A DNA stretch of 42,049 bases. It comes from Octopus bimaculoides. Taxonomy: Eukaryota. Location of the stretch: contig NC_068993.1 in assembly GCF_001194135.2 (NCBI RefSeq), forward strand, positions 24,903,983-24,946,031, given 5' to 3'. Made by a program: the position numbers and the translations under genes. Below, one piece after another: positions 24,867-34,305 of the stretch; positions within the stretch are counted from its first letter, which is position 1; every line of letters starts with the position of its first letter. Below the pieces are notes generated by a model. It had not been told where the DNA came from and did no database searches. It worked only from the letters and a program-made list of their open reading frames with translations.

Positions 24867-25208
24867 GTTTTGCTTCTGAGCACCTTTGGTAAGTGATGTG
24901 ATGGTCATTTTCAAACTGGGTTGCAGAGCTGCATGGCTCGCCAGAAATGTATTTCATGTTATGACTCCTATATTTAGCAGTGAAACTTAAGTTTAAAATA
25001 AATTGATGCAATATAAACATGAAATATTGCTTCTCATATTGAGATGTGTAACAGACTCCTTAGATTTGTTTACATAGTTAATACGGTGTAACCAAAGCAA
25101 CTGGTGATATGATAGTTTGACCAAAATTACTGGCTGTAGCAAGTAAAAATAAATATTGAGAAAAATGCATTTGGCCAAATTTGGGCATACAACTGTTTAA
25201 CATAATAG

Positions 25209-25247
<39 letters not shown>

Positions 25248-25468
25248 AATACACATATACATATATATGTGTGTGTGTGTGTGAAGGCATGTGGCTTAGT
25301 GGTTAGGGCATTCGGTTCACGATCGTAAGGAAGATTTGGGATGTCATTAGGATTAGGGTGTGGAATGCTGACCTGTCCAGTTCATTGTCATATTTTCAAG
25401 CAGTGACTGCTCAGATATTATAATTATTTTCTTATTTTCTCTGTATTATTGTTTTTTTGTTTTTCCAG

Positions 25469-25549
25469 TTGGAACAGATAATGGAACAATGTATGAAGCA
25501 GAAGATAAAAGCAAAATTGCAGTAGAAGAAAATTCTAATACTTTAGTGG
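25469..25549 (+). CDS. Coding exon 2 (81 nt, phase 1-1, ectodomain)
   Basis: Long pyrimidine tract gtttttttgtttttccAG; (V)GTDNGTMYEAEDKSKIAVEENSNTLV; donor G|GTAAGT at 25550. Confidence 0.85.
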
Positions 25550-25984
25550 GTAAGTTAATTAACATAAATGATCAACTCTTTATTTATTAGTTTATCTCAC
25601 TTTCATTTCTTATGGCTATTTCATATGTTTGATATACCTGTACTTGTACATTTGTGTAGGCAGAGTGTACTCTGAAAATTCATGTAAATATCAATTGTAA
25701 GTCAACTGAAATAAAAAAAAATAAAAGTGGTTGTAAAAATGCCCCAAAATCAAACATTTCTCCTTTTTCTTCCCTTTTTTCTGTGAATGGGGTAGCACTT
25801 TTGAAGAGCTAATTGTTATTCTAAATGAATATAACCAAAGTTTCAATAGAATCTGTTCACACTGAGCCAAGCAGAGTTATATATCAATACTTCCTATAGT
25901 GAGGTTTGAAGCAATGACCATGTAGTTCATTTTGTGGCTATCTACAGTTTTATAATACTTAAAAAATGTTTCTTTTGCTTTCAG

Positions 25985-26063
25985 TTGTCTTATTGGTGTT
26001 GGGATGCACTTTCCTGTTCGCCTTTTTCCTCAGTTTTGTTGCTGTTCTCTACAGATATCACCG
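25985..26063 (+). CDS. Coding exon 3 (79 nt, phase 1-2, transmembrane helix)
   Basis: Acceptor tttcttttgctttcAG; (V)VLLVLGCTFLFAFFLSFVAVLYRYH(R) = hydrophobic helix followed by positive-inside residues; donor CG|GTGAGT at 26064. Confidence 0.9.
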
Positions 26064-26135
26064 GTGAGTTTTTCTTCTTATTTTCCCTTCATTGATTTAT
26101 TAAACATCTACATCACACCAGCACAGAAACCTCTT

Positions 26136-26529
26136 CATAGTTGCTTAATCTATTAGAGATAACAACCAAATTTCTATCACATCACACTGTATTATCTTTT
26201 CAAAATGACAGAGTACATTATATAACATATTACTAGATATCTCATGCCTGAAAAAACAGACCTGGTGTTGATCATGACTTTTGATCATAGGTCTGCTTAA
26301 TCTGGGCTGATTTGGAGCTAATTTGTACAGTTGTTTAACTCCAGATCAGAGCTGATCAAGCAGATCTATAATGAAGTGTTCCAACCAAGACCAGCCCATC
26401 TTTTTATACATCTATGACTACATTTTCCAATGTCTTACATTATTTTTAAGATGATAGGGTGATTTGAAGGAGAGTTGACTTTTATTTTTATCAATTTTTA
26501 GCAACTGTGTAGAGGCACCCTGTTGTTGA
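26136..26529. mobile_element. Tail-to-tail inverted pair of family D SINEs (26136-26321 +, 26335-26529 -)
   Basis: gatcataggtctgcttaatctgggctgatttggagctaa is complementary to ttaactccagatcagagctgatcaagcagatctataat; ~13-nt spacer. Confidence 0.7.
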
Positions 26530-26640
26530 TAAACCCTGATTAGGAAGACATGAACAAAACTACTCCAACCATAACCATAAGTACCAGTTTAGCACTGAAG
26601 TTGATGTAATCAACTAACCCACTCCCCTTAAAATTACTTG

Positions 26641-26841
26641 CAAGCTGGCAGAATCATTATCATGCTGGACGAAACATTTCGTGGCATTTCTTCCAGTTTT
26701 ATGTTGTGAATTCAAATGCCACTGCAGTTGAGCTGATGTTTCAGGGTTGATAAACTAAAGTACCAGTCAAAATAAGTACCAGTTGAACACAGGTCTACGT
26801 GCCCTGAAATTGCTGGCCTTGTGCCAAAATTTGAAATCATT
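26641..26841 (+). mobile_element. SINE family A copy (decayed)
   Basis: caagctggcagaatc...gaattcaaatgccac...aaattgctggccttgtgccaaaatttgaaa. Confidence 0.7.
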
Positions 26842-26860
26842 ATATTAACAGTGTTAATAA

Positions 26861-27222
26861 ACACAGGCAAGGCTGTGTGGTAAGAAGCTTGCTTCCCAAC
26901 CACATGATTCTGGGTTCAGTACCACTGCATGGCACCTTGGGCAAGTGTCTTCTATTCTAGCCTTGGGCCGACTTGTGAGTGGATTTGGTAGACATAAACT
27001 GAAAGAAGCCCATCGTATATGTGCGTTTGTCCCCCACCACTGCTTGACAACCATTGTTGGTTTGTCTATGTCCCAGTAACTCAGCAGTTCAGCAAAAAAG
27101 ACCAATAGAATAAGTGCTAGGCTTAAGAAAAAGTAAGTCCTGGGGTCAATTCATTCAACTAAAACCCTTCAAGGCAGTGCCTCAATATGGCCACAGTTAA
27201 TTGATTGAAATAAGTAAAAGAG
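26861..27222 (+). mobile_element. SINE family B full-length copy
   Basis: ggctgtgtggtaagaagcttgcttcccaaccacatg...ttgaaataagtaaaagag. Confidence 0.85.
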
Positions 27223-27556
27223 GATGCTTTATTGTTGAAAATTCTGAGTTTTGGATCTACTTTAGCTCCATTCTTTACAACAAATACCATTTTGTTAATT
27301 TTCTCCAAACTTTTCTTAAACTAAAAGTTAAATTTTGTAAAATAAAATCAAAATGTTTTTTCAACTTATGGAGAACACATTGCTAGTGGTTGTTGTAAGT
27401 TGTATGAAATGCCATCATTGTATGACTACCTTAAAAAAAAAACAGACTACTTCATACCATAGAAGTTTCAAGCTCTATATCTTCCATCCTCCTAGCTATG
27501 AAAAAAGACCTTTTGGGATAGGTACACTCAAATATTGCAATATTCGTTGATGGTAA

Positions 27557-27732
27557 GGTGACAAGCTGGCAGAATCGTTAGCATGCCAGGTAAAATGCTT
27601 TACGGCATTTTGTCTGTCTTAATATTCTGATTTCAAATTCCACTGAAGTTGACTTTGCCTTTCATCTTTTCAGGGTCAATGTAATCAACTTATCCCCTCC
27701 CCCAAAATTATTGGCTTTGTGCCAAAAATTAG
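27557..27732 (+). mobile_element. SINE family A copy (CpG sites deaminated)
   Basis: ggtgacaagctggcagaatcgttagcatgcc...ttcaaattccactgaagttgactttgcc. Confidence 0.8.
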
Positions 27733-27939
27733 TAATTTGTGAATGGTATCCAAATGATTTTAAAATTGACATGGTTTTGGTGACTTCAGATTTAGATCAG
27801 CATCGGCAATGTGAATACTTCTACTGTAGACAGGCCTGTAGGTGGACTTGAAATTTCATACTAATAATACATTCTCTGTGGGTATCTCAATGAAATACTT
27901 AACCTGCATAGGGAAATAAACAACAGGAGTCTGTATTTG

Positions 27940-28051
27940 ATGATACAGTCTTGGGTATACCATAACTGAAGAAAAGAGATCATGCTACTCATGACTGGAA
28001 TGTTGTTAATCATAGATCTGTTCAGTCAGTGCTAACCTGGGGCTAAACAAC
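27940..28051 (+). mobile_element. SINE family D 3' part
   Basis: catagatctgttcagtcagtgctaacctggggctaaacaac. Confidence 0.55.
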
Positions 28052-28273
28052 TCACAGTGTTTCTGCCTACCACTGACTCTGGCTAGTATCTCAGTAACTT
28101 CTTCATATTATTATCTGTAGTGAATTAAAACAGCATTTATCATATTAAATCATCAACTTTGACCCACAAACCCTTACTACATTGGATTGTATTTCCATGC
28201 CTGAGTAACAAAAATGATCTGCAAAAATATAATCTTTTATTAGTGAATAAATATTTTGTTTCTCCTTTTTCAG

Positions 28274-28469
28274 CCGTAAGACTGCTGAATACCAGCGTGC
28301 TGCACAGGCCCATATAACATCAACACGTAATGCTGGCATCTACATGGATCTTGCCATGGATTCTCCAATCTCTAAATCTGGCTTACCTATAGGTGCACCA
28401 ATCTATAATTCATTGAAGAAACATCCAGAACAGTATACATTTGTATCAGATGATGAACTTGACTTATAA
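28274..28469 (+). CDS. Terminal coding exon 4 (cytoplasmic tail, stop TAA 28467-28469)
   Basis: Acceptor tttgtttctcctttttcAG; phase 2 fits exon 3; RKTAEYQRAAQAHITSTRNAGIYMDLAMDSPISKSGLPIGAPIYNSLKKHPEQYTFVSDDELDL*. Total CDS 145+81+79+196=501 nt = 166 aa + stop. Confidence 0.88.
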
Positions 28470-29215
28470 ACTAAACACAACATATTTGTCCATTTCTGTA
28501 ACCAACTGTCATGTTTTTTAAACCAGAATTCTTGTGAAATGGATTGAAATTTTAATAAGAACTTCTGGTAATCAACCACGCAGCTCATTCCAAACTAATA
28601 TGGCCTAAATCCCTATTGTGTTGGACATTGTACTACCTATTCCAAGTTCTGAATACCATCAGCTTAAAATAGTGTCATTGTGAGATTCCTCTAAGTTTTG
28701 GAGTTCAGTTGGTTTTTGTACTCTCCTGGATTAGTGATGACTGGGTATCAGACTTTACAACAACAACTATAGGAAACATATCTGTTAATTAAATAATCAA
28801 CTTAAATTATCAAAAAAGTTCATTAATTATGCACTAAACATCACACTATGTTATATCTGTAGTATGAGGCAAGCTAAACTTTTGGTGGGGGGGGGTCTTT
28901 TGGAACACATAGGACTTATCCCTATATTGTAACAAACAAATGTTTTTTTCTTTCTGTTGATAGATAAGTAGATCTACCTGATTTGTTTCAAATCTTGTTT
29001 GATTTACATCAGTGGGAGAATATCATTCAATATGCTCAAGGAAAGAAATATAGCTAATAGCTATATATAACAACTAAATGTAGTGAATGCTACTAAATCA
29101 AATATTTTGATTTGCATTATGTATTTCTTTCTCTGGACAAATCAAATGATATTCAATCTCTGATAGAAGAATTGAAATTAGTCAGGTAGAATCTTTGTGT
29201 GTGTGTGTGTCCTCA

Positions 29216-29600
29216 AGTGCATGTGTGACTATGTTATTTGGAAGCTTACTTCCTAACTGTGTGTTTTCAAGTTCAGTTCTACTGTGTAGAGACCTTCAAC
29301 AAGTATCTACAGGCCTGGGCCAGCCAAAGTCTTAGGAGTGGATTTGGTTGACAGAAACCGAAAAAAGCCCATCATGTATATATATATATATATATGTTTG
29401 TGAGCACCCTTGTCTTGACATTACAAGATGGTTGCTAAATGAACATCATTGTCATGCAAGTGGTGGTGTTAATCTCCAATCTTCCTTGGAAATACATCTG
29501 GCCCTTGGGAAATATTACTTGTAAAGGGCATCCAGCTGTAGAAAATCTGTCTCAACCCATGCAATCATGGAGAAGTGAACAATAAAACAATGATGATGTG
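29216..29600 (+). mobile_element. SINE family B 5' half followed by a family C 3' fragment, in the putative 3'UTR
   Basis: ggaagcttacttcctaac...ggagtggatttgg...gaaaaaagcccatc; then gtaaagggcatccagctgtagaaa...caacccatgc...atgatgatg. Confidence 0.65.
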
Positions 29601-30995
29601 TGAATTGAAAAGACATTTGTCAGTCATAAGCGATGGCTCCACTATTACATAAAAAAAAAGTTTGCTCTTCATCACACTACAGGTATAAAAAGTGTAATTG
29701 CCAGGTATCAACTGATGAATATAATCAAACAATCAAATAAACTTCCTGGTTGACCTTTAGGGACCAGTGACTAATCTCATCCAGTTAACCTTACATCTCA
29801 GCTTATACTATAGGCATATACTGGGCATATGCCTATGGTATATATTGTCCCCTCACCCAGTTATCCTTATTCTCAGTATATGCTGTTGTCTTTTCTCAAA
29901 TTAATTCAATGAAAATACAAGCAATCCTCTGTTGATTTCTAACCAATTTTTTTACAAATAACTGATATAGCCTTTCCTTTCCAACATTGTGCCTCCTCAC
30001 TAAAAATGTTAGTTTCTACTTCATCTAACAGCACACCAATATGTATCCTTTCAACCTTTTGTTATACTTCTCAATATATCAGACTGACCAACGAATTAAT
30101 TATTCAATCACTTTGAAATATTGTTTGTTCCTACCTTCCACTCATTCACCACTACCACCAATCAGTGCCATTGTTAAAACAGTAACTAAAACTTTTATCA
30201 TACTGGTTGCCACAATAATGGCACTTCCACCCTCTATCTCATCACTGACTTTTCAATTTATATACATATATTATATTGACCTTCCATGGTGTACTATTTA
30301 TCAGGAAGTTACATTATTGGATACATTACTATCTTACTAATTACACTAATCAGCCTGCCCAGTATGCCCTCACCTGTAGACTCAATTGGTAATTATGGTT
30401 TCTTTGTATCTTTTCAAAGAACTTTATAATCAAATATTTCTACATTTTGCTCCAGAAATTCTTCCATTCTAAATCTTACAAATACTACAGCAATAATAAT
30501 GATAATAATTTGTTGATTTTATTATGAAATAAAGCCTGGAGCAATTAAAATATCAATATCTTGCTGAGGGAGATAACAAAATGCCTGCTGTATAAATATG
30601 GGCTCCAAGCACCCAAACCAGATGTCCATTACCTTTTTACATGGTTATTGTGCCTCATATAATAATAATAACTTATTTTGTGTACACATCACTTTATAAA
30701 ATATATTTGAAGAAGACATGAAATTTGTACCTAAATTTTCCTTTAGCCAACCTTTGAATATTTAAATGAATCACTGTTAAGTATTTTTTATTGCCAAAGC
30801 CCCTTCCCACACAGTTGTTCTTTGTGAACTTCAGGTGGTTGACTCTCATGCACAGATATACATATTCACAATTGAAGAAGGATGATTGACTCATAATTGT
30901 TTATTTCTATTTTTGTTAATTTATCATCTTTCATGGTCAACATTTTCTCTGTGTTATTAAACTTCTGAATTTCAGGAAAAATTTAAAAAATAATT

Positions 30996-31001
30996 AATAA
31001 A
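30996..31001 (+). terminator. Candidate poly(A) signal of the gene
   Basis: AATAAA followed ~20 nt later by CA and a GT/T-rich tract (ttgtttttgtt); lies near the end of the CpG-depleted zone. Other AATAAA exist (e.g. 30528, 32633, 32699). Confidence 0.3.
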
Positions 31002-31552
31002 ATAATTTTAAAAATACCATTGTTTTTGTTATCATTAATTTAAGCATTATCCTCAACCTTTAAACCACCTAACTCAGAAATGTGGTGCCTACAATGTTTG
31101 GCTATATCCCACAAGCTCATTTCATTCTGTTACATGCCTCCATTTACTATGTGTGGGAACGTAATTTGCTTACGGGTGCAGACCCAATTTTTCAGGAGGC
31201 TAAAAAAAAAATTAAAATTTAGTGAGTGCACTTACACTCCCTGTACCTGAGCCTATGCCATTTACTTCTGGTATTTACCTGTACATGTTCTTTCTGTATC
31301 AATTTGCAATAATTTTACATTGTACTTCCTAAAAGCATTGGCCATGATTTTTACTAATATGTTGCATAAAAAACTGGCCATTAAGCAGGTGAACATTTTG
31401 CTTTTTAGTAATGACGGTGAGAAATTAGTATGGCTTTAATTATGACCATGAGTGATTTTTTTTAATGTGAATATAACCTGGAAGATGGTGGTGACATGTT
31501 GAGGTCCTGGTGCTGGAAGATTTCATCTTTGTTTGATCCAGTAATAAGACCA

Positions 31553-31970
31553 AGCGTGATCATTGCCAGAGCAGCTGTCTGGTTTCCGTGCTAGTGGCAC
31601 GTAAATAGCACCAATTGAGCGTGATCGTTACCAGCGTCGCCTTACTGGCACTTGTACCGGTGGCACGTTTAGAAAATCGTTTGAGCAAGGTCGTTGCCAG
31701 TGCTGCTGGACTGGCTCCTGTGTAGGTGGCACGTAAAAAACACCATTTTGAGCGTGGCCGTTGCCAGTACCACGTGACTGGCCCTTGTGCCAGTGGCAAG
31801 TAAAAGCACCCACTACACTCTCGGAGTGGTTGGCATTAGGAAGGGCGTCCAGCTGTAGAAACTCTGCCAGATCAGATTGGAGTCTGGTGCAGCCATCCGG
31901 TTCACCAGTACTCAGTTAAATCGTCCAACCCATGCTAGCATGGAAAGCAGATGTTAAATGATGATGATGA
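31553..31970 (+). mobile_element. SINE family C, CpG-rich, with four internal ~65-bp tandem units and an (ATG)n tail
   Basis: Units start at ~31553, 31617, 31683 and 31750 (gagcgtg..cgttgccag..gtggcacgtaaa); 3' end ccaacccatgctagcatggaaagc..ttaaatgatgatgatga. Confidence 0.8.
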
Positions 31971-32608
31971 ATCAATCATCTAGATTATTTGACCTCGTTG
32001 AAATTTGAACCCCAACTATGAAATAATCAGTTTACAATTATGAGTATCACACTACAGTGTTGTGTGATTGATCTATAAATCAACCAATCAACATGAAACT
32101 TGTATGATATGGCTTCTAAAGTTCGTCTTTTTTTTACCCTAGTTAAACATATCTAACTCAGGCAGACCACAGTTAGATTTCAATCAAGACAGGTCACAAT
32201 ATACCTTAATCAGCCTTCAACAAGACACTGCAGTTCTCTTCTCCAAGCTTTAACAATGTCCAGTATTTATTGTATCTGTATTCCCCCCATCACAAATAGC
32301 AAATCTTTTCTGTTTGGCTGCTAAGATTTCAAAAATTAAAGTTTATCAAAAATTTTAAAATTTGGTACATTAGTGTAGTTTTCTAAGCTGAATTGCTGGA
32401 GTTATATTGTCTTTTCTAGAAAAATGTTTTCAAAAAGTTATAGAGGTTTAAAGTTTGATCATTTTCACCCAGTCAGAAAACAGGATTTTGGAAACTATCA
32501 TTTTCTGTGTTACTGTACATTTTATCAACATCCTGAAAATAGCATGTGTTTGCAATATTTGTATTCTACATGCAAAAAACAAGTAAACAACATGTCTTTT
32601 GTATTTTT

Positions 32609-32745
32609 AAGCATTCAATATGCATCTAATGCAATAAACATCACATTACAAATTTAATATCTTTAAAAAACAAACATTTAAGCATTTGCATTTAATGCAA
32701 TAAACAGCACATTATGAATTAAATATTTTTAAAAAACAAACATTT
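32609..32745. repeat. Diverged ~68-bp tandem duplication, each unit containing AATAAA
   Basis: aagcatt..taatgcaataaaca.cacatta..aaaaaacaaacattt occurs twice (32609, 32680). Confidence 0.8.
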
Positions 32746-32879
32746 TGTTAACCAGTTCATTGAAAATATAAGTTAGAAATACATTCAAGCAATTTCTCAA
32801 ACAAATCACAATATTCATATCTCCTGCACCACATAAATTCACATGAACCTACCATAGAATGGTGAGTGCCACTGCATCG

Positions 32880-34225
32880 TTCATTACCTCCACTTGTATA
32901 TATATTTCCAAATATCGGTTCCTTGTGTAATATGGAGCAGCTTGTAGCATGTGGCCAGTAAAATTTATATACGAATCACAAAAACCGAAAGCAGTAACCT
33001 TACGAGCTGTTAACCACTCACACATTCCCATGTACAGTGAGAAATCTCAATTTGTAACATCAATTCAAGTGGATTTTTTTTATTGTGGATCTTCCATATT
33101 CTATTATCAGTGCAAATTTCCTACTTCACTTTAACTCTGAAACATTTGTCAGTACAAGGTATGAGCATTAAATCTGCCACTGTCAGTCCTCTTTCTTTGT
33201 ATCCTCTAAATCTAATCATCATCCCACGATTCTAAAAAAATTTCCAAGCATTACTTGCACCATTTTTGATAAAGAGGAATCCAATGCACTCGGTTACGTA
33301 TCACACCATCATTAAAGGACCTCACCATGGACTAACAAAAAATAGCTCAAGACGAATTTAGCCACATGTTGAACCTCGTAACAAATTGTCCTTCCAGTAG
33401 TAATTGGTCTTCTCCACTGGATATGGTTCCCAAGGTAACTGAGGGAGATGAGCGTCCCCATGGAGACTACAGAGAATGAAATGCTTTGACTCTTCCTAAT
33501 AAATATCCAATTCTTCATATCTGTAATTTATCAGCTTCATTACATGGTTGTACTGTTTTTTCAAAAATCAGTTTTGTACATGCCTAGAATCAGTCCCATA
33601 GAACCTGCTGATGTCCCAAAACTTCTTTAATTATTTTTTTTTGGACTTTTTGAATTTCTTAAAACACCTTTTAGTCATGGAAATGCAGTGAATACTTTCC
33701 AAATATTTATTGACGAAGTTACTCATGGTTTAGACTTTGTGTTTGCCTATACCGACGACTTGTTGATTGCTAGTTCTACAGAAGAGCATCATGAACAGCA
33801 TTTGGAACTACTTTTTACTAGGTTATCACAGTAGGGTGTCGTAATTAACCCCAGTAAATGTCTTTTTGGTGTTTCTTCTATCATGTTCTTGAGACATTGA
33901 TAAAGAGGGAATCTGGCTATTGAAGGAAAAAGTAGATGCGATTACAAATATTTCTGTTCCTACATCATTGAGAAAGTTACGAGAATTTTTTGGTCTTATT
34001 TATCCCGCACTGTACAGAGAGTATACATCCACTAACAGAATTAATACGTAATTGTAAATGGGAAAATGAAACTATTTCTCCAACAGAATTAGTCGTGACA
34101 TTAAAAAATAACTACAGTTACCTTGCTAATCCATCCAATACCAGATGTACCCCTACCACTAATGGTGGCTGCATCTAATGTGTGAATCCGAGGAGTACTG
34201 CAGCAATATGCCCAAAATTCTTGGC
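32880..34225 (+). mobile_element. Gypsy (Ty3) LTR-retrotransposon relic 1: protease - RT - start of RNase H
   Basis: KYRFLV*YGAACS (decayed DTGA protease); WSSPLDMVPK..GDYR; PIEPADVPKT..FGLFEF; AYTDDLLIAS (33748); INPSKCLFG; AASNV..GVLQQ..WPLA. Multiple stops. Confidence 0.9.
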
Positions 34226-34256
34226 CACTAGCATAGCTAGAGTGTGTACCACCCCA
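34226..34256 (+). mobile_element. Isolated terminus of the hAT MITE family seen at 2006
   Basis: cactagcatagctagagtgtgtaccaccc vs cactagcgtagctagagtgtttgccgccc (25/29). Confidence 0.55.
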
Positions 34257-34305
34257 CGCTTCTCTTCAGTTTTCCACCTCTGGCCCCCACAGAGGTGGAA
34301 AACTG

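Noticed and set aside
28284-28303. TGN38/TGN46 orthology via EYQRA ~ DYQRL
   Set aside because: The critical bulky residue is Ala and the rest of the protein does not resemble TGN38; only a superficial similarity.
28449-28466. ER-retrieval (DDEL) or GGA (DxxLL) signal
   Set aside because: DDEL is not terminal and is cytosolic; the sequence DDELDL does not fit DxxLL.
31553-31815. CRISPR-like repeat/spacer array
   Set aside because: Units are diverged, the linkers are homologous to each other, the array lies inside a eukaryotic SINE, and there are no cas genes.
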